Origin: Myxococcales bacterium
GTDB taxonomy: Bacteria; Myxococcota; Myxococcia; Myxococcales; Anaeromyxobacteraceae
Length of the DNA stretch: 51,950 nucleotides
Assembly: GCA_038320275.1 (NCBI GenBank)
Contig: JBBQEB010000007.1
Location: forward strand, 1-51,950
Direction: 5' to 3'
Made by a program: the position numbers and the translations under genes. Of this stretch, positions 11,587-20,296 are shown piece by piece. The notes under the pieces were generated by a model. The model saw nothing but the letters and a program-made list of their open reading frames with translations. It was not told the DNA's origin and ran no database searches. Every line of letters begins with the position of its first letter. Position 1 is the stretch's first letter.

Positions 11587-12562
11587 CGATCTCGGCGAGG
11601 TTCCAGGTCCGGCCGCTGTTGCCCTCCAGGAGCCGGTGCGCTGGTGGCTTCGAGCGCAGCGCCGCCTCCACCTGCTCGGCAAGATCTGCCTCGCAGCCGT
11701 CCTCGCGGAGGTGGTGGCGAAGTGAGACATCGCCGTCTCCGAAGAGACAGAGCCGGAGCGCGCCGCGCGAGGAGACGCGCAGGCGATTGCACGAGGCACA
11801 GAAGTCGGTCGCGGTGGGCGCGATCACCCCCACCCGCCCCTGGTGTTGGGCATGGAGGTGCTCCACCGCCGGACCATCCGTCTCGCCCCGCTCCGCGCGC
11901 GCCCACCCGCGCGCCGCCAGCTCGTCCTGAACGAAGGAGACGGGAAGGTGGTGGGCGGCGAAGAACCCGGCGTCGCAGCCGGTGCGCATGAGCTCGATGA
12001 AGCGGACCGAGATGGGCGCGTCGCGCGTCAGGTCGAGGAAGCGCCTCAGCTCGTCGAGCGCGAGGCCGCGCAGGAGCACCACGTTCACCTTCACCGGTGA
12101 AAGGCCGGCCTGCAGCGAGGCAGTGACCCCGCGGAGCACGCGGTCGAGCAGCGCGCGGCCGGTCACCTGCTCGAAGCGCGCCGGATCGAGGCTGTCCACG
12201 CTGATGTTGATGGCGTGGAGTCCCGCGTCGCGGAGGCGCGGCGCCAGGCGCTCGAGGTCGTGGCCGTTGGTGGTGAGCGCGACCTTCCGGATGCCGGGCA
12301 CCGCCGCGACCGCTGCCACGAGCTCCGTGAGGTCGCGGCGAACGGTCGGCTCCCCGCCGGTGAGCCGGACCTTTTCCACGCCCATGGCCGCGAAGCCGCG
12401 CACCAGCCGGCGGACCTCGTCGACGTCGAGGATCGAAGCTGCGCCTGGCACGGGGCGCCAGCCATCCGGCAGGCAGTACGCGCAACGAAAGTTGCACGCG
12501 TCCGTGACGGACAGTCGCAAGTACTTGAATCGACGCCCGTGGGCGTCCTGCAGCACGCGCAC
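11579..12562 (-). CDS. moaA: GTP 3',8-cyclase (radical SAM)
   Basis: YLRLSVTDACNFRCAYC, TGGEP, FCASCNRLR...LCLF and terminal IGG. GTG start at 12562 after GGAAAGGGG. Confidence 0.95.
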   Translation of the reverse strand: MRVLQDAHGRRFKYLRLSVTDACNFRCAYCLPDGWRPVPGAASILDVDEVRRLVRGFAAMGVEKVRLTGGEPTVRRDLTELVAAVAAVPGIRKVALTTNGHDLERLAPRLRDAGLHAINISVDSLDPARFEQVTGRALLDRVLRGVTASLQAGLSPVKVNVVLLRGLALDELRRFLDLTRDAPISVRFIELMRTGCDAGFFAAHHLPVSFVQDELAARGWARAERGETDGPAVEHLHAQHQGRVGVIAPTATDFCASCNRLRVSSRGALRLCLFGDGDVSLRHHLREDGCEADLAEQVEAALRSKPPAHRLLEGNSGRTWNLAEIGG

Positions 12563-12686
12563 GATGCCCCTTTCCAAGGCGGGGAGGCGAACGCGTTTCC
12601 GCGCGCGCCCTGGTGAGCAGGAAGAGCAGCCCACGGCCCAGGGTCCATGCCCGAAGAGGGGTTAGGACGAAGGGCTCGGTAGCACC
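12563..12686 (-). ncRNA. Moco (molybdenum cofactor) riboswitch / Moco RNA motif
   Basis: The moaA leader has the motif hallmarks CCGAGCC...CCUAA, GGCCGUG...CACCAGGGCG-stem-GAAA-stem-CGCCUCCC...UUGGAAAGG. The 5' GGUGCU can pair over the RBS-adjacent GGGCAUC. Confidence 0.85.
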
Positions 12687-12732
12687 TATGTCGCATGAAG
12701 GTACCACGGGTGCGAGGGTGGGCTCAAACCGG

Positions 12733-12807
12733 GCGACTCCGACCGCGACTGGGCGCTCGAACTCGACCGCGAACTCGACCTCGACCGCGACCCTCGACCG
12801 CGACCCC
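12733..12807. repeat. Degenerate hexamer run (CGACNN)n, intergenic
   Basis: cgactccgaccgcgact...ctcgaccgcgaactcgacctcgaccgcgaccctcgaccgcgacc. Confidence 0.7.
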
Positions 12808-12869
12808 TCCCCCCGAGCTCACTCGCGACCTGCCACACCGCGCAGCACAGACACCGAACGCCGCCCCGA

Positions 12870-13838
12870 TCACCTCACCGCGCGCGACAGCTCGTCGAGG
12901 CGCCTCAGCTCCAGCGGGGACAGCAGCAGATCCTGCGCACCGATGTTCTCCTCCACCTGCTTCACTCGCGATGCTCCCGGGATGGCCACCACCGCCTCCC
13001 CGTGGAACCTCACCACCCAGGACAGCGCAACCTGCGACGCGCTGGCGCCGTGCGCCGCGGCGATCTTCTGCAGTTCCTGCACCAGCGGCCTCGTTCTCGC
13101 GAGCCCCCTCTTCTGAAACGCAGGCATGAAGCGCCTGGGGCCCCGCAGCTTGCGCGCCAGGGCGGGATCGTCGTGGTACTTGCCGGAGAGGATGCCCTGC
13201 TCCAGCGGCGAGTAGGCGATGAGGGTGACGCCCAGTTCCTTCGCCGCGGCGAGCACGCCGTTTCGCTCCGCCCGCCGATCGAGGAGGCTGAACTTCACCT
13301 GATTCGAGGCGAGCGGCAGGCTCCGCGACGCGAGCGCCCCGTGCGCGCGACGCATGCGCGCCTCGCCGAAGTTGCTCACGCCCACCGTGCGGACCTTCCC
13401 CTCCTCCACCAGCCGCGCCATGGCGAACATCTCGGCTTCCACCGAGGAGAAGCCAGCCCACTGATGCACCTGGTAAAGGTCGATGGGGTACGGGGCGAGC
13501 GCCGCCAGCCTCTCGCCGATGGTGGCGGAGATGGAGTGGGCACTGCGGAGCGCGGGCCACCACTTGGTGGCGACCACCGCGTCGCCCGGCCTGGCGCCGG
13601 CCGCCTGCAGCGCGCGCGCGAGGGCCCGCTCCGAGCGGCCCTTTCCGTAGACCTCCGCCGTGTCGAACCAGGTGATCCCCCCGCGCAGCGCGGCCGCGAC
13701 GATGGCGTCCACCTCCTCGCGCGGGAGCGCCTCCCAGTACCCCCCGACCAGCCCGAACCCTTCGGAAAACTGCCAGCAACCGAGTCCCAGGGGCGAGATC
13801 CCCAGGTCCGTCCTGCCCAGCCTTTGCGTGTTCGACAT
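12870..13838 (-). CDS. Aldo/keto reductase
   Basis: LGLGCWQ, FDTAEVYG, ATK, DLYQVH, GVSNF, AYSPL and IPGAS motifs. Confidence 0.92.
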   Translation of the reverse strand: MSNTQRLGRTDLGISPLGLGCWQFSEGFGLVGGYWEALPREEVDAIVAAALRGGITWFDTAEVYGKGRSERALARALQAAGARPGDAVVATKWWPALRSAHSISATIGERLAALAPYPIDLYQVHQWAGFSSVEAEMFAMARLVEEGKVRTVGVSNFGEARMRRAHGALASRSLPLASNQVKFSLLDRRAERNGVLAAAKELGVTLIAYSPLEQGILSGKYHDDPALARKLRGPRRFMPAFQKRGLARTRPLVQELQKIAAAHGASASQVALSWVVRFHGEAVVAIPGASRVKQVEENIGAQDLLLSPLELRRLDELSRAVR

Positions 13839-13994
13839 GCTCGAGGTCACCCCGTGGACCCCAGCAGCATAGCGTTGACCCTGGCCGCCGGGCGGGTAGA
13901 AAAACGGCCCCGCTTCGACAAGGTGCCCTTCGTCGCCATCGACGCGCGCATGCTGCTCACCCTCATCGACACGCTTTTCGCCCGGGAGGAATCG

Positions 13995-14432
13995 ATGGCG
14001 CCCTCACTCGTGCTCCTCGCCGGGCTCGCCCTGCTGGGAGCCCTCCCCGGGCGCGCCGGATCGTCACTTTCAGTACATGTCTCGGGATTTCGAAACGGCA
14101 AGGGCATGCTGCAGTGCTCGCTCTTCGCCGGGGACGGCGGCTTCCCCGACCACCCGGAGAGCGCGGTCGCGACCCAGCGCGCCCCCATCCGCGCCGACCA
14201 CACCGCCCTTTGCCAGTTCGCCGGCCTCGCGCCGGGGGAGTACGCGGTGGGCGTCATGCACGACGAGAACGGCAACGGGAAGATGGACTTCAACCTGGTG
14301 GGCATGCCCACCGAGGGCTACGGAATGTCCAACAACCATCTCCACGCGCTGCGAGCGCCGGACTGGGCCGAGTCGAAGTTCCGGGTCGACGCCGGAGCCG
14401 ACATGAGCCTGATGGTGAATTTGAGGTACTGA
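13995..14432 (+). CDS. DUF2141 family exported protein
   Basis: Signal peptide, G-FRNGKG, PGEYAVGVMHDENGNGKMDFNLVGMPTEGYGMSNN; GGGAGG RBS. Confidence 0.85.
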   Translation: MAPSLVLLAGLALLGALPGRAGSSLSVHVSGFRNGKGMLQCSLFAGDGGFPDHPESAVATQRAPIRADHTALCQFAGLAPGEYAVGVMHDENGNGKMDFNLVGMPTEGYGMSNNHLHALRAPDWAESKFRVDAGADMSLMVNLRY

Positions 14433-14455
14433 AAAGGCGCTGCTCCGACGCGATC

Positions 14456-15436
14456 TCAACGGGTCTCTCGGTCCGGGCAGTTGCCCACCGAGACGCGCAT
14501 GTTGCGGGAGTACGCGCGCTGGCAGTCGAGCACGTAGTCGACGTAATCCTCCTTGTTCTGGGCCTTGCGGTACTGACCTTCGACGAACCGCTGGTTCCGG
14601 CGGTCGCGGCCCCCCTGCTCCGCCGCCATGAAGTCCTGGTGCTGCTTCGTACGCTGCCCCTGGGCGAGCCGGCCCTGCTCCAGCAACGCGCCGGTCTGCT
14701 GGCGGCTCAGCGCCTGACTGCGAGCCACCATGGCCTGCTTCCATCGGTCCATCCAGGCCGGATTGACGGTCATCTTCATCGCCTCGAACTGCGGGATCTT
14801 CGACTGCAGCGTTCCGAGCGGCGCGAACCAGCGCGCCACGAAGGCGGAGCAGCTGTGCTGCTGGCCCGCGCCCAGCGCCGACACCTGGTTGCAGCTCAGC
14901 GTGACGGTGAGCCACTCCTCGAGCTGCTGCGCCCCCACGGAGTACCGGACGAGAGACCGAGCCATGTCGATGCTGAAGCGCATCCCTCCCTGGGCGCGGC
15001 TGTTCATGCTCTGCATGTTTCGCCGAGCCTGGTCGAGCTCCGGGACCGGCACCTCCCGGACGACCTCGAGCCCCCTGATCGCGACCAGGCGGTTCAGGTA
15101 GTCCCTGGCGCTGTCGATCTTGGGCAGCCTCCGGCAGTCGTCCGAGACCGGGAGGCGAGTGCCCCAGGCCCAGTCCGTCCGCGGGAGCAGGTAGAGACCG
15201 CTCAACCCGTCGGGACTCGACGCCCGGACCACGGGAGACGTGGAGGATACGCACGAGGAGCCGGGAAGCATGGTGCCTTCCGCCTTCCATCCTGCCGGCA
15301 CAGCGAGGTCCCAGGCCTTCATCTCGAGCACGGGATCCATCACTGCGTACGAGTGCATCCCACCCGCGCGCGCGGGTGCCAGCCCCGTCGCGGTGAGCGC
15401 CGCGACGGCCATTCGCATCAGGGCAAGACGATCCAT
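14456..15436 (-). CDS. Hypothetical secreted protein
   Basis: Signal peptide ending ARA, VPAGWKAEG, six Cys, Gln/Arg-rich helical C-terminal region, coding-like codon usage; GGAG RBS. Confidence 0.75.
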   Translation of the reverse strand: MDRLALMRMAVAALTATGLAPARAGGMHSYAVMDPVLEMKAWDLAVPAGWKAEGTMLPGSSCVSSTSPVVRASSPDGLSGLYLLPRTDWAWGTRLPVSDDCRRLPKIDSARDYLNRLVAIRGLEVVREVPVPELDQARRNMQSMNSRAQGGMRFSIDMARSLVRYSVGAQQLEEWLTVTLSCNQVSALGAGQQHSCSAFVARWFAPLGTLQSKIPQFEAMKMTVNPAWMDRWKQAMVARSQALSRQQTGALLEQGRLAQGQRTKQHQDFMAAEQGGRDRRNQRFVEGQYRKAQNKEDYVDYVLDCQRAYSRNMRVSVGNCPDRETR

Positions 15437-15631
15437 GGCTTGGCTCCGAGGTCCGGCTGCGACCAGCAGTCGATTCGTGGAGGGGCGCCGGGGGCTTTTC
15501 ACCCGACAGATGGGTCGCTCCGCAGCGAAGGCTCTTCCGTGCGCCCTCGAGCGCACGGTCGAGCTCTGGGTGACGAACTGTCAGACCTCGCCACTACCTT
15601 GCGCATCGCCACGGAACTGCGAGGAGCAACC

Positions 15632-15970
15632 ATGATCTCCGACATCCAGCTCGCTCGATGGAAGGCCCTCCTCGCTCGCCCCGGCGATGTGGAGGGGGTT
15701 CAGTTGCGCCGCATCGCCGCGCAGCTGGTGGACGAGGTCCAGGCGCTTCGCGCGGAGGCCTCGGGGGGCGGCCGGCAGAGCGCGGCCCAGCTCTCCACGG
15801 CGCTGGAGCGGCGGCTGGCGGATCTCTCTGCGAGCGGCGACGATTGCCCCGCATGCCACGACGCCGAGGCTCGGGTCGCCATGGCGCGCCTGCGCGAAAT
15901 CGCGCAGGGCCGCTGGGAGGTGGACGCCCCCCAGGTGACGGTCGGCGCGGCTGCGGTGAGGAGGCGCTAG
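15632..15970 (+). CDS. Small hypothetical protein (112 aa) with CPACH motif
   Basis: GAGGAG RBS then ATG at 15632; amphipathic helical sequence; fills the gap before the oxidoreductase. Confidence 0.7.
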   Translation: MISDIQLARWKALLARPGDVEGVQLRRIAAQLVDEVQALRAEASGGGRQSAAQLSTALERRLADLSASGDDCPACHDAEARVAMARLREIAQGRWEVDAPQVTVGAAAVRRR

Positions 15971-16018
15971 GCGAAGCGCCCGCTTATGCTCCGGCCCGAT
16001 CGCAGCGAGGAGACCGAC

Positions 16019-17032
16019 ATGCCGGACAGAACCAATCGTGAAATTCACCTTGCGGCGCGCCCGCGGGGCATGCCCACGCCGAAGGAGTTTGCGCTCGTCA
16101 CGGCGCCCGTGCGCGAGCCCGGTCCGGGCGAGGTGCTGGTGCGCAACCTCTACATGTCGGTCGATCCCTACATGCGCGGCCGGATGAACGACGCCAAGTC
16201 GTACGTCCCGCCCTTCAGGGTCGGCGAGGCGCTCGATGGGGGATCCGTTGGCGAGGTCCTCGTCTCGAACGCGCCATCGCTCGCCCCGGGCGACCTGGTG
16301 GTCTCGCCGGTCGGGGGCTGGCGCGAGCTGCACGTGGCTCCCGCGGAGCTCCACACCAAGGTCGAGAAGGTGGACCCGCTCTCGCTCTATCTCGGCGCGC
16401 TGGGCATGCCGGGGCTCACCGCCTATGTCGGCCTCCTCGACATCGGGCGGCCCAAGGCGGGCGAAACCGTCTTCGTCTCCGGCGCGGCCGGGGCGGTCGG
16501 CGGCATCGTCGGTCAGCTCGCCAAGCTCACGGGATGCCGGGTGGTGGGAAGTGCCGGCTCGGCCGACAAGGTCGAGCACGTGGTCCGCGAGCTCGGGTTC
16601 GACGCCGCGTTCGAGTACCACGGCGAGCCCCCGCGGGCCGCGCTCTCGCGGCTCTGCCCGGAGGGTGTGGACGTCTACTTCGACAACGTCGGCGGCGAGC
16701 ACCTCGAGGCCGCCATCGGCGCCATGAAGCCGCACGGCCGCATCGTCATGTGCGGCGCCATCTCCGGCTACAACGCGACGACGCCAGTCCCCGGCCCCCG
16801 CAACATGTTCCTCGTCATCGGGAAGCGGCTCTCGCTGCAGGGCTTCATCGTGAGCGACCACGCCGACCGCACGCCAGCGTTCCTCGCGGACATGCGGCGC
16901 TGGCTGGCGGAGGGCAAGGTGAAGGCGCCCGAGACGGTGGTGGACGGGGTGGAAAACGCTCCCGAGGCCTTCCTCTCCATGCTGTCCGGCAAGAACGTGG
17001 GCAAGATGGTGGTGCGGGTGGCGCAGGGATAG
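16019..17032 (+). CDS. NADP-dependent oxidoreductase (CurA/YncB, MDR family)
   Basis: [38 protein letters not shown] and CGAISGYN motifs; GAGGAG RBS. Confidence 0.93.
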   Translation: MPDRTNREIHLAARPRGMPTPKEFALVTAPVREPGPGEVLVRNLYMSVDPYMRGRMNDAKSYVPPFRVGEALDGGSVGEVLVSNAPSLAPGDLVVSPVGGWRELHVAPAELHTKVEKVDPLSLYLGALGMPGLTAYVGLLDIGRPKAGETVFVSGAAGAVGGIVGQLAKLTGCRVVGSAGSADKVEHVVRELGFDAAFEYHGEPPRAALSRLCPEGVDVYFDNVGGEHLEAAIGAMKPHGRIVMCGAISGYNATTPVPGPRNMFLVIGKRLSLQGFIVSDHADRTPAFLADMRRWLAEGKVKAPETVVDGVENAPEAFLSMLSGKNVGKMVVRVAQG

Positions 17033-17043
17033 AGACCTCTTCA

Positions 17044-18378
17044 GTGCGCGTCCTCGGCGTCGGCGAGTCGCATGACCTGGGCGACCTCTACGCCAGGCTC
17101 CTGCGGCTCGGCCACGAGGTGAGGGTCTGCGTCGAGGACGAGGCCTGCCACGACGTCCTGGCCGGCATCGTCCCGCGGGTGCCCCGGTTCGAGGATCACC
17201 TCGGCTGGGTGCGCGAGGCGGGCGAGGACGGGCTCGTGCTCTTCGAGGACGTGAAGCACGGCGCGGTGCAGGACGACCTGCGCCGGGAGGGCTTCCAGGT
17301 GGTGGGCGGGAGCGCTCTCGGCGATCGCCTCGAGAACCAGCGCGGCTTCGGTCAGGAGGCGCTCCGGGCGGCGGGGCTGCGCACCGTCCCCTCGCACGGC
17401 TTCGCAGACTTCGAGGAGGCGGAGCGCTTCGTCCTCGAGAGCGCGGGCCGCTGGGTGGTGAAGCTCGAGGGCGGCTGGGCCTCGCACCGCAGCTACGTCG
17501 GCCAGCTCCCCGGCGGGGAGGACGTCGCCGCGTACCTCGCGCTGCAGAGCGCGAGCTGGACGTTCGACGAGCGACCGCGGCTCCTGCTGCAGGAGCACGT
17601 CACCGGCGTCGAGATGGGCGTGGGGGCTTACTTCGACGGCCAGCGCTTCCTTCTCCCCGCCTGTCTCGACTGGGAGCACAAGCGCTTCTTCCCGGGCGAC
17701 CTGGGAGAGCTCACGGGCGAGATGGGCACGCTCGTCACCTGGAGGGGGGCGGAGCGCTTCATGGAGGCGACCCTCGCCAAGCTCGCCCCGCTCCTGCGCG
17801 ACGGCGGCCACGTCGGGTACCTGAACCTCAACACCATCGTGAACGAGGACGGCGTTTTCCCGCTCGAGCTCACCTGCCGCTTCGGCTATCCCGGGTTCGC
17901 CATCCTCGACGCGCTGCACGCCGAGGGCTGGGACACCATCCTGCGGCGGATCGCTGGACGCGCGCCGCCTCGCGTGGAGACGCACGGCGGCTTCGCGGTG
18001 GGCATCGTCCTCACCACCCCACCGTTTCCGTATACCGGCCCCGCGCGCGCCAAGGGGAGCCCCATCCTTCGCCGCCGGCCGCTCTCGCCGGAGGAAGAGG
18101 ACCGACTCTGCCTGGGCGAGGTCATGCTGCGGGATGGCCGCTGGGCGACGAGCGGCCCCACCGGCTACGTGCTCGTCGCCACCGGGCGCGGCGCGACGCC
18201 CTCGGGCGCGCGCGAGGCCGCCTCTGCGCTCGCCGCCGAGATCGTCATCCCCAACGTGCGCTACCGCACCGACGTCGGGGTTCGCTTCGAGCGCGAAGAT
18301 TCGGCGCGGCTGGCGCGGCTGGGCTGGCTCCCGCGAGAACTGTCGTACGCGCCCGGCACGTTCAGCTCCCCCCGATAG
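17044..18378 (+). CDS. PurD-like (phosphoribosylamine-glycine ligase-like) ATP-grasp enzyme, divergent
   Basis: [42 protein letters not shown] and [11 protein letters not shown]. Lacks the canonical GxGGREHA N-terminus; GTG start is uncertain. Confidence 0.8.
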   Translation: MRVLGVGESHDLGDLYARLLRLGHEVRVCVEDEACHDVLAGIVPRVPRFEDHLGWVREAGEDGLVLFEDVKHGAVQDDLRREGFQVVGGSALGDRLENQRGFGQEALRAAGLRTVPSHGFADFEEAERFVLESAGRWVVKLEGGWASHRSYVGQLPGGEDVAAYLALQSASWTFDERPRLLLQEHVTGVEMGVGAYFDGQRFLLPACLDWEHKRFFPGDLGELTGEMGTLVTWRGAERFMEATLAKLAPLLRDGGHVGYLNLNTIVNEDGVFPLELTCRFGYPGFAILDALHAEGWDTILRRIAGRAPPRVETHGGFAVGIVLTTPPFPYTGPARAKGSPILRRRPLSPEEEDRLCLGEVMLRDGRWATSGPTGYVLVATGRGATPSGAREAASALAAEIVIPNVRYRTDVGVRFEREDSARLARLGWLPRELSYAPGTFSSPR

Positions 18379-19217
18379 CGCGCGAAGCAGCGGGCCCCCG
18401 CCTCCAGCCGCAGCAGCGCACCCTCCGCGATGAAGGGCGCCACCTCCGGGCGGCTCTGCACCAGCGGGCGGAGGATCTCCTCGTTCCAGGCCGCGGAGTG
18501 CTTCACGTCGAGGGTGGCGTGCAGCGCGAAGTACCGGTAACCGGCAGGCGAGACGCCCACGCGCTTCAGCCCCTGCACCACGTGGACAGCGCGCGTCGGA
18601 GCGGTCAGCTCGATCGCGCCCAGCGCGCCCATGGCGTGAAAGGCGTAGCTGCGGGTGGCGGCCAGCGCGACGAGCAGATTTCCGAGCGCCTGCGCTTCCC
18701 AGACGATGGGCGTGGTGCCCGGCGCGGCGCCCACCTCCCGCGCGAGGTCCTCCAGCATGCCGCCGTGCATCCCCTCCTCGCGCCCGCGGCCCATCTCGTC
18801 CCAGTAATTGCGGGCCAGCTCGAGCTTCGCGCGCACGGGAGCCTTCACCTGCGTCAGCGCGACCAGGTCGTCGAAGCCAGCCTCCCCGGCCACCTCCTGG
18901 CAGAGGAACCAGCGAAGCTCGTCGGCTGTGGCCTCCCTCGCGAGGTAGGGAAAGAGGGGGTCGCCCTGACCGGGCCCCTCCTCCCGCAGCCGCTCGAACC
19001 AGGCGACGAAGCCGTCCGGGTCGCGCGGCGCGCTCCGCGCGCGCGCGGCGACGCTCGCCCGCTCGGCCTCCACCCACTCCACCTCGGCTGTGCGGAGGAC
19101 CACTTCCTCCTGGAGCGCCTCCTTCCAGCCTGGGTCGGGAACTCCCGGCGACAGGCGCGCGCGGTTCCAGCTCGACAAGGATGCATGAAGCCGTTCGGGG
19201 CTTTGGGATTCCGGCAC
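18261..19217 (-). CDS. Iron-containing redox enzyme (heme-oxygenase-like diiron oxidase, HDO)
   Basis: [21 protein letters not shown]...[10 protein letters not shown] and [12 protein letters not shown] give an E/H/E/H-D-H ligand pattern. GGAGG RBS before GTG 19217. Confidence 0.85.
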   Translation of the reverse strand: MPESQSPERLHASLSSWNRARLSPGVPDPGWKEALQEEVVLRTAEVEWVEAERASVAARARSAPRDPDGFVAWFERLREEGPGQGDPLFPYLAREATADELRWFLCQEVAGEAGFDDLVALTQVKAPVRAKLELARNYWDEMGRGREEGMHGGMLEDLAREVGAAPGTTPIVWEAQALGNLLVALAATRSYAFHAMGALGAIELTAPTRAVHVVQGLKRVGVSPAGYRYFALHATLDVKHSAAWNEEILRPLVQSRPEVAPFIAEGALLRLEAGARCFARYRGELNVPGAYDSSRGSQPSRASRAESSRSKRTPTSVR

Positions 19218-19253
19218 GCAGGGGCCTCCGTGGGGTCGTGACCGCATGGTAAA

Positions 19254-20192
19254 TTAAGGACCCCGGTGCCGGCCGCCAGCCCTCCCCGCCCGGACCAGCA
19301 CCACCGCCACCACCGCGATGCGCTCGACGTCCGCGTAGGCCGCGCGCTCGAGCTCCTCGCCGAACACATCCGGATCGAGCTCCTCGTAGCGCGTCTGACC
19401 CGCGAGCTGGACCGCGGGGACGAGCGCCTCCCACAGGAGGTCCTTGCCCTCGACGATGGGCGTGGCGGTGTAGAGGACGAGCTGCCCGCCGGGCTCGAGG
19501 CGCTCCATGGCCTCGCGGGCGATGCGGGCAGAGAGCTCGATCCCCCGCGCCCCGCCGCCGTCGCGGTAGAGCCGCCGCGCCTCGTCCACCAGATAAGGCG
19601 GGTTCGCCACCACCAGATCGACCGGCCCCTGCACCCCTGCGAGCACGTCGCTCGCGATGCACTCCGCCTCGACCTGCGCGATGGCCGCGTTCACCCGCGC
19701 GAAGCGCAGGGCGCGCGGGCTCACGTCGGAGAGCACGATCTCGCGCGCTCTCCCGGCCAGCGACAGGCCGCCCGCGCCGGTGCCGCACCCCACGTCCACC
19801 GCCCGCCGGGCGCCCCGGACCTCGCGCCCCAGCAACGCCAGGAAGCGATAGGTGTCCGGGCCGAAGAACACCGCGTCCTCCTCCACGGTGGGATGAGCGG
19901 AGTGGACGAGGAGCAGGTCGCCGGCCGACGAGAAGCGCACGCGGCTGCGCAGGAGGCCCCCTGGGGCACGCTCCAGCTCGCCAGCGTCGTCGAGGAGCGC
20001 CAGCAGCCCCTCGGGCAGCACCTCCTCGCGAAAGGGCCGGCTCCAGCCGAACACGTCGCGCAGGGAGCGCGCCTCGGCGCCCGGCCGCGCGTTCACCCTG
20101 CGGTGCGTCTCCGGCGTGGGCGTCACGAAGGCGTACTCGCGCGCCCGCAGCCCTTTCCCGAGCTTCACCAGGGCGCGGTCGGCTTCGTCCAT
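19254..20192 (-). CDS. Class I SAM-dependent methyltransferase (HemK-like, NPPY motif)
   Basis: VFFGPDTYRF, VDVGCGTGAGG, ANPPY, YRDGGG and ELDPDVFGEEL motifs. Confidence 0.88.
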   Translation of the reverse strand: MDEADRALVKLGKGLRAREYAFVTPTPETHRRVNARPGAEARSLRDVFGWSRPFREEVLPEGLLALLDDAGELERAPGGLLRSRVRFSSAGDLLLVHSAHPTVEEDAVFFGPDTYRFLALLGREVRGARRAVDVGCGTGAGGLSLAGRAREIVLSDVSPRALRFARVNAAIAQVEAECIASDVLAGVQGPVDLVVANPPYLVDEARRLYRDGGGARGIELSARIAREAMERLEPGGQLVLYTATPIVEGKDLLWEALVPAVQLAGQTRYEELDPDVFGEELERAAYADVERIAVVAVVLVRAGRAGGRHRGP

Positions 20193-20296
20193 GCCGCGCG
20201 ATCTGGGCAGAGGCGGGCGGCCGCGCCAGGGATTCAGCACGGGTGCGCAGCCGCTCGTCCATGGACGGCCCGGCCACCGGCCATTACGCGGAATAG

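Noticed and set aside
12563..12634. Longer MoaA N-terminus MGCSSCSPG...
   Set aside because: Falls inside the Moco riboswitch; the RBS supports GTG at 12562.
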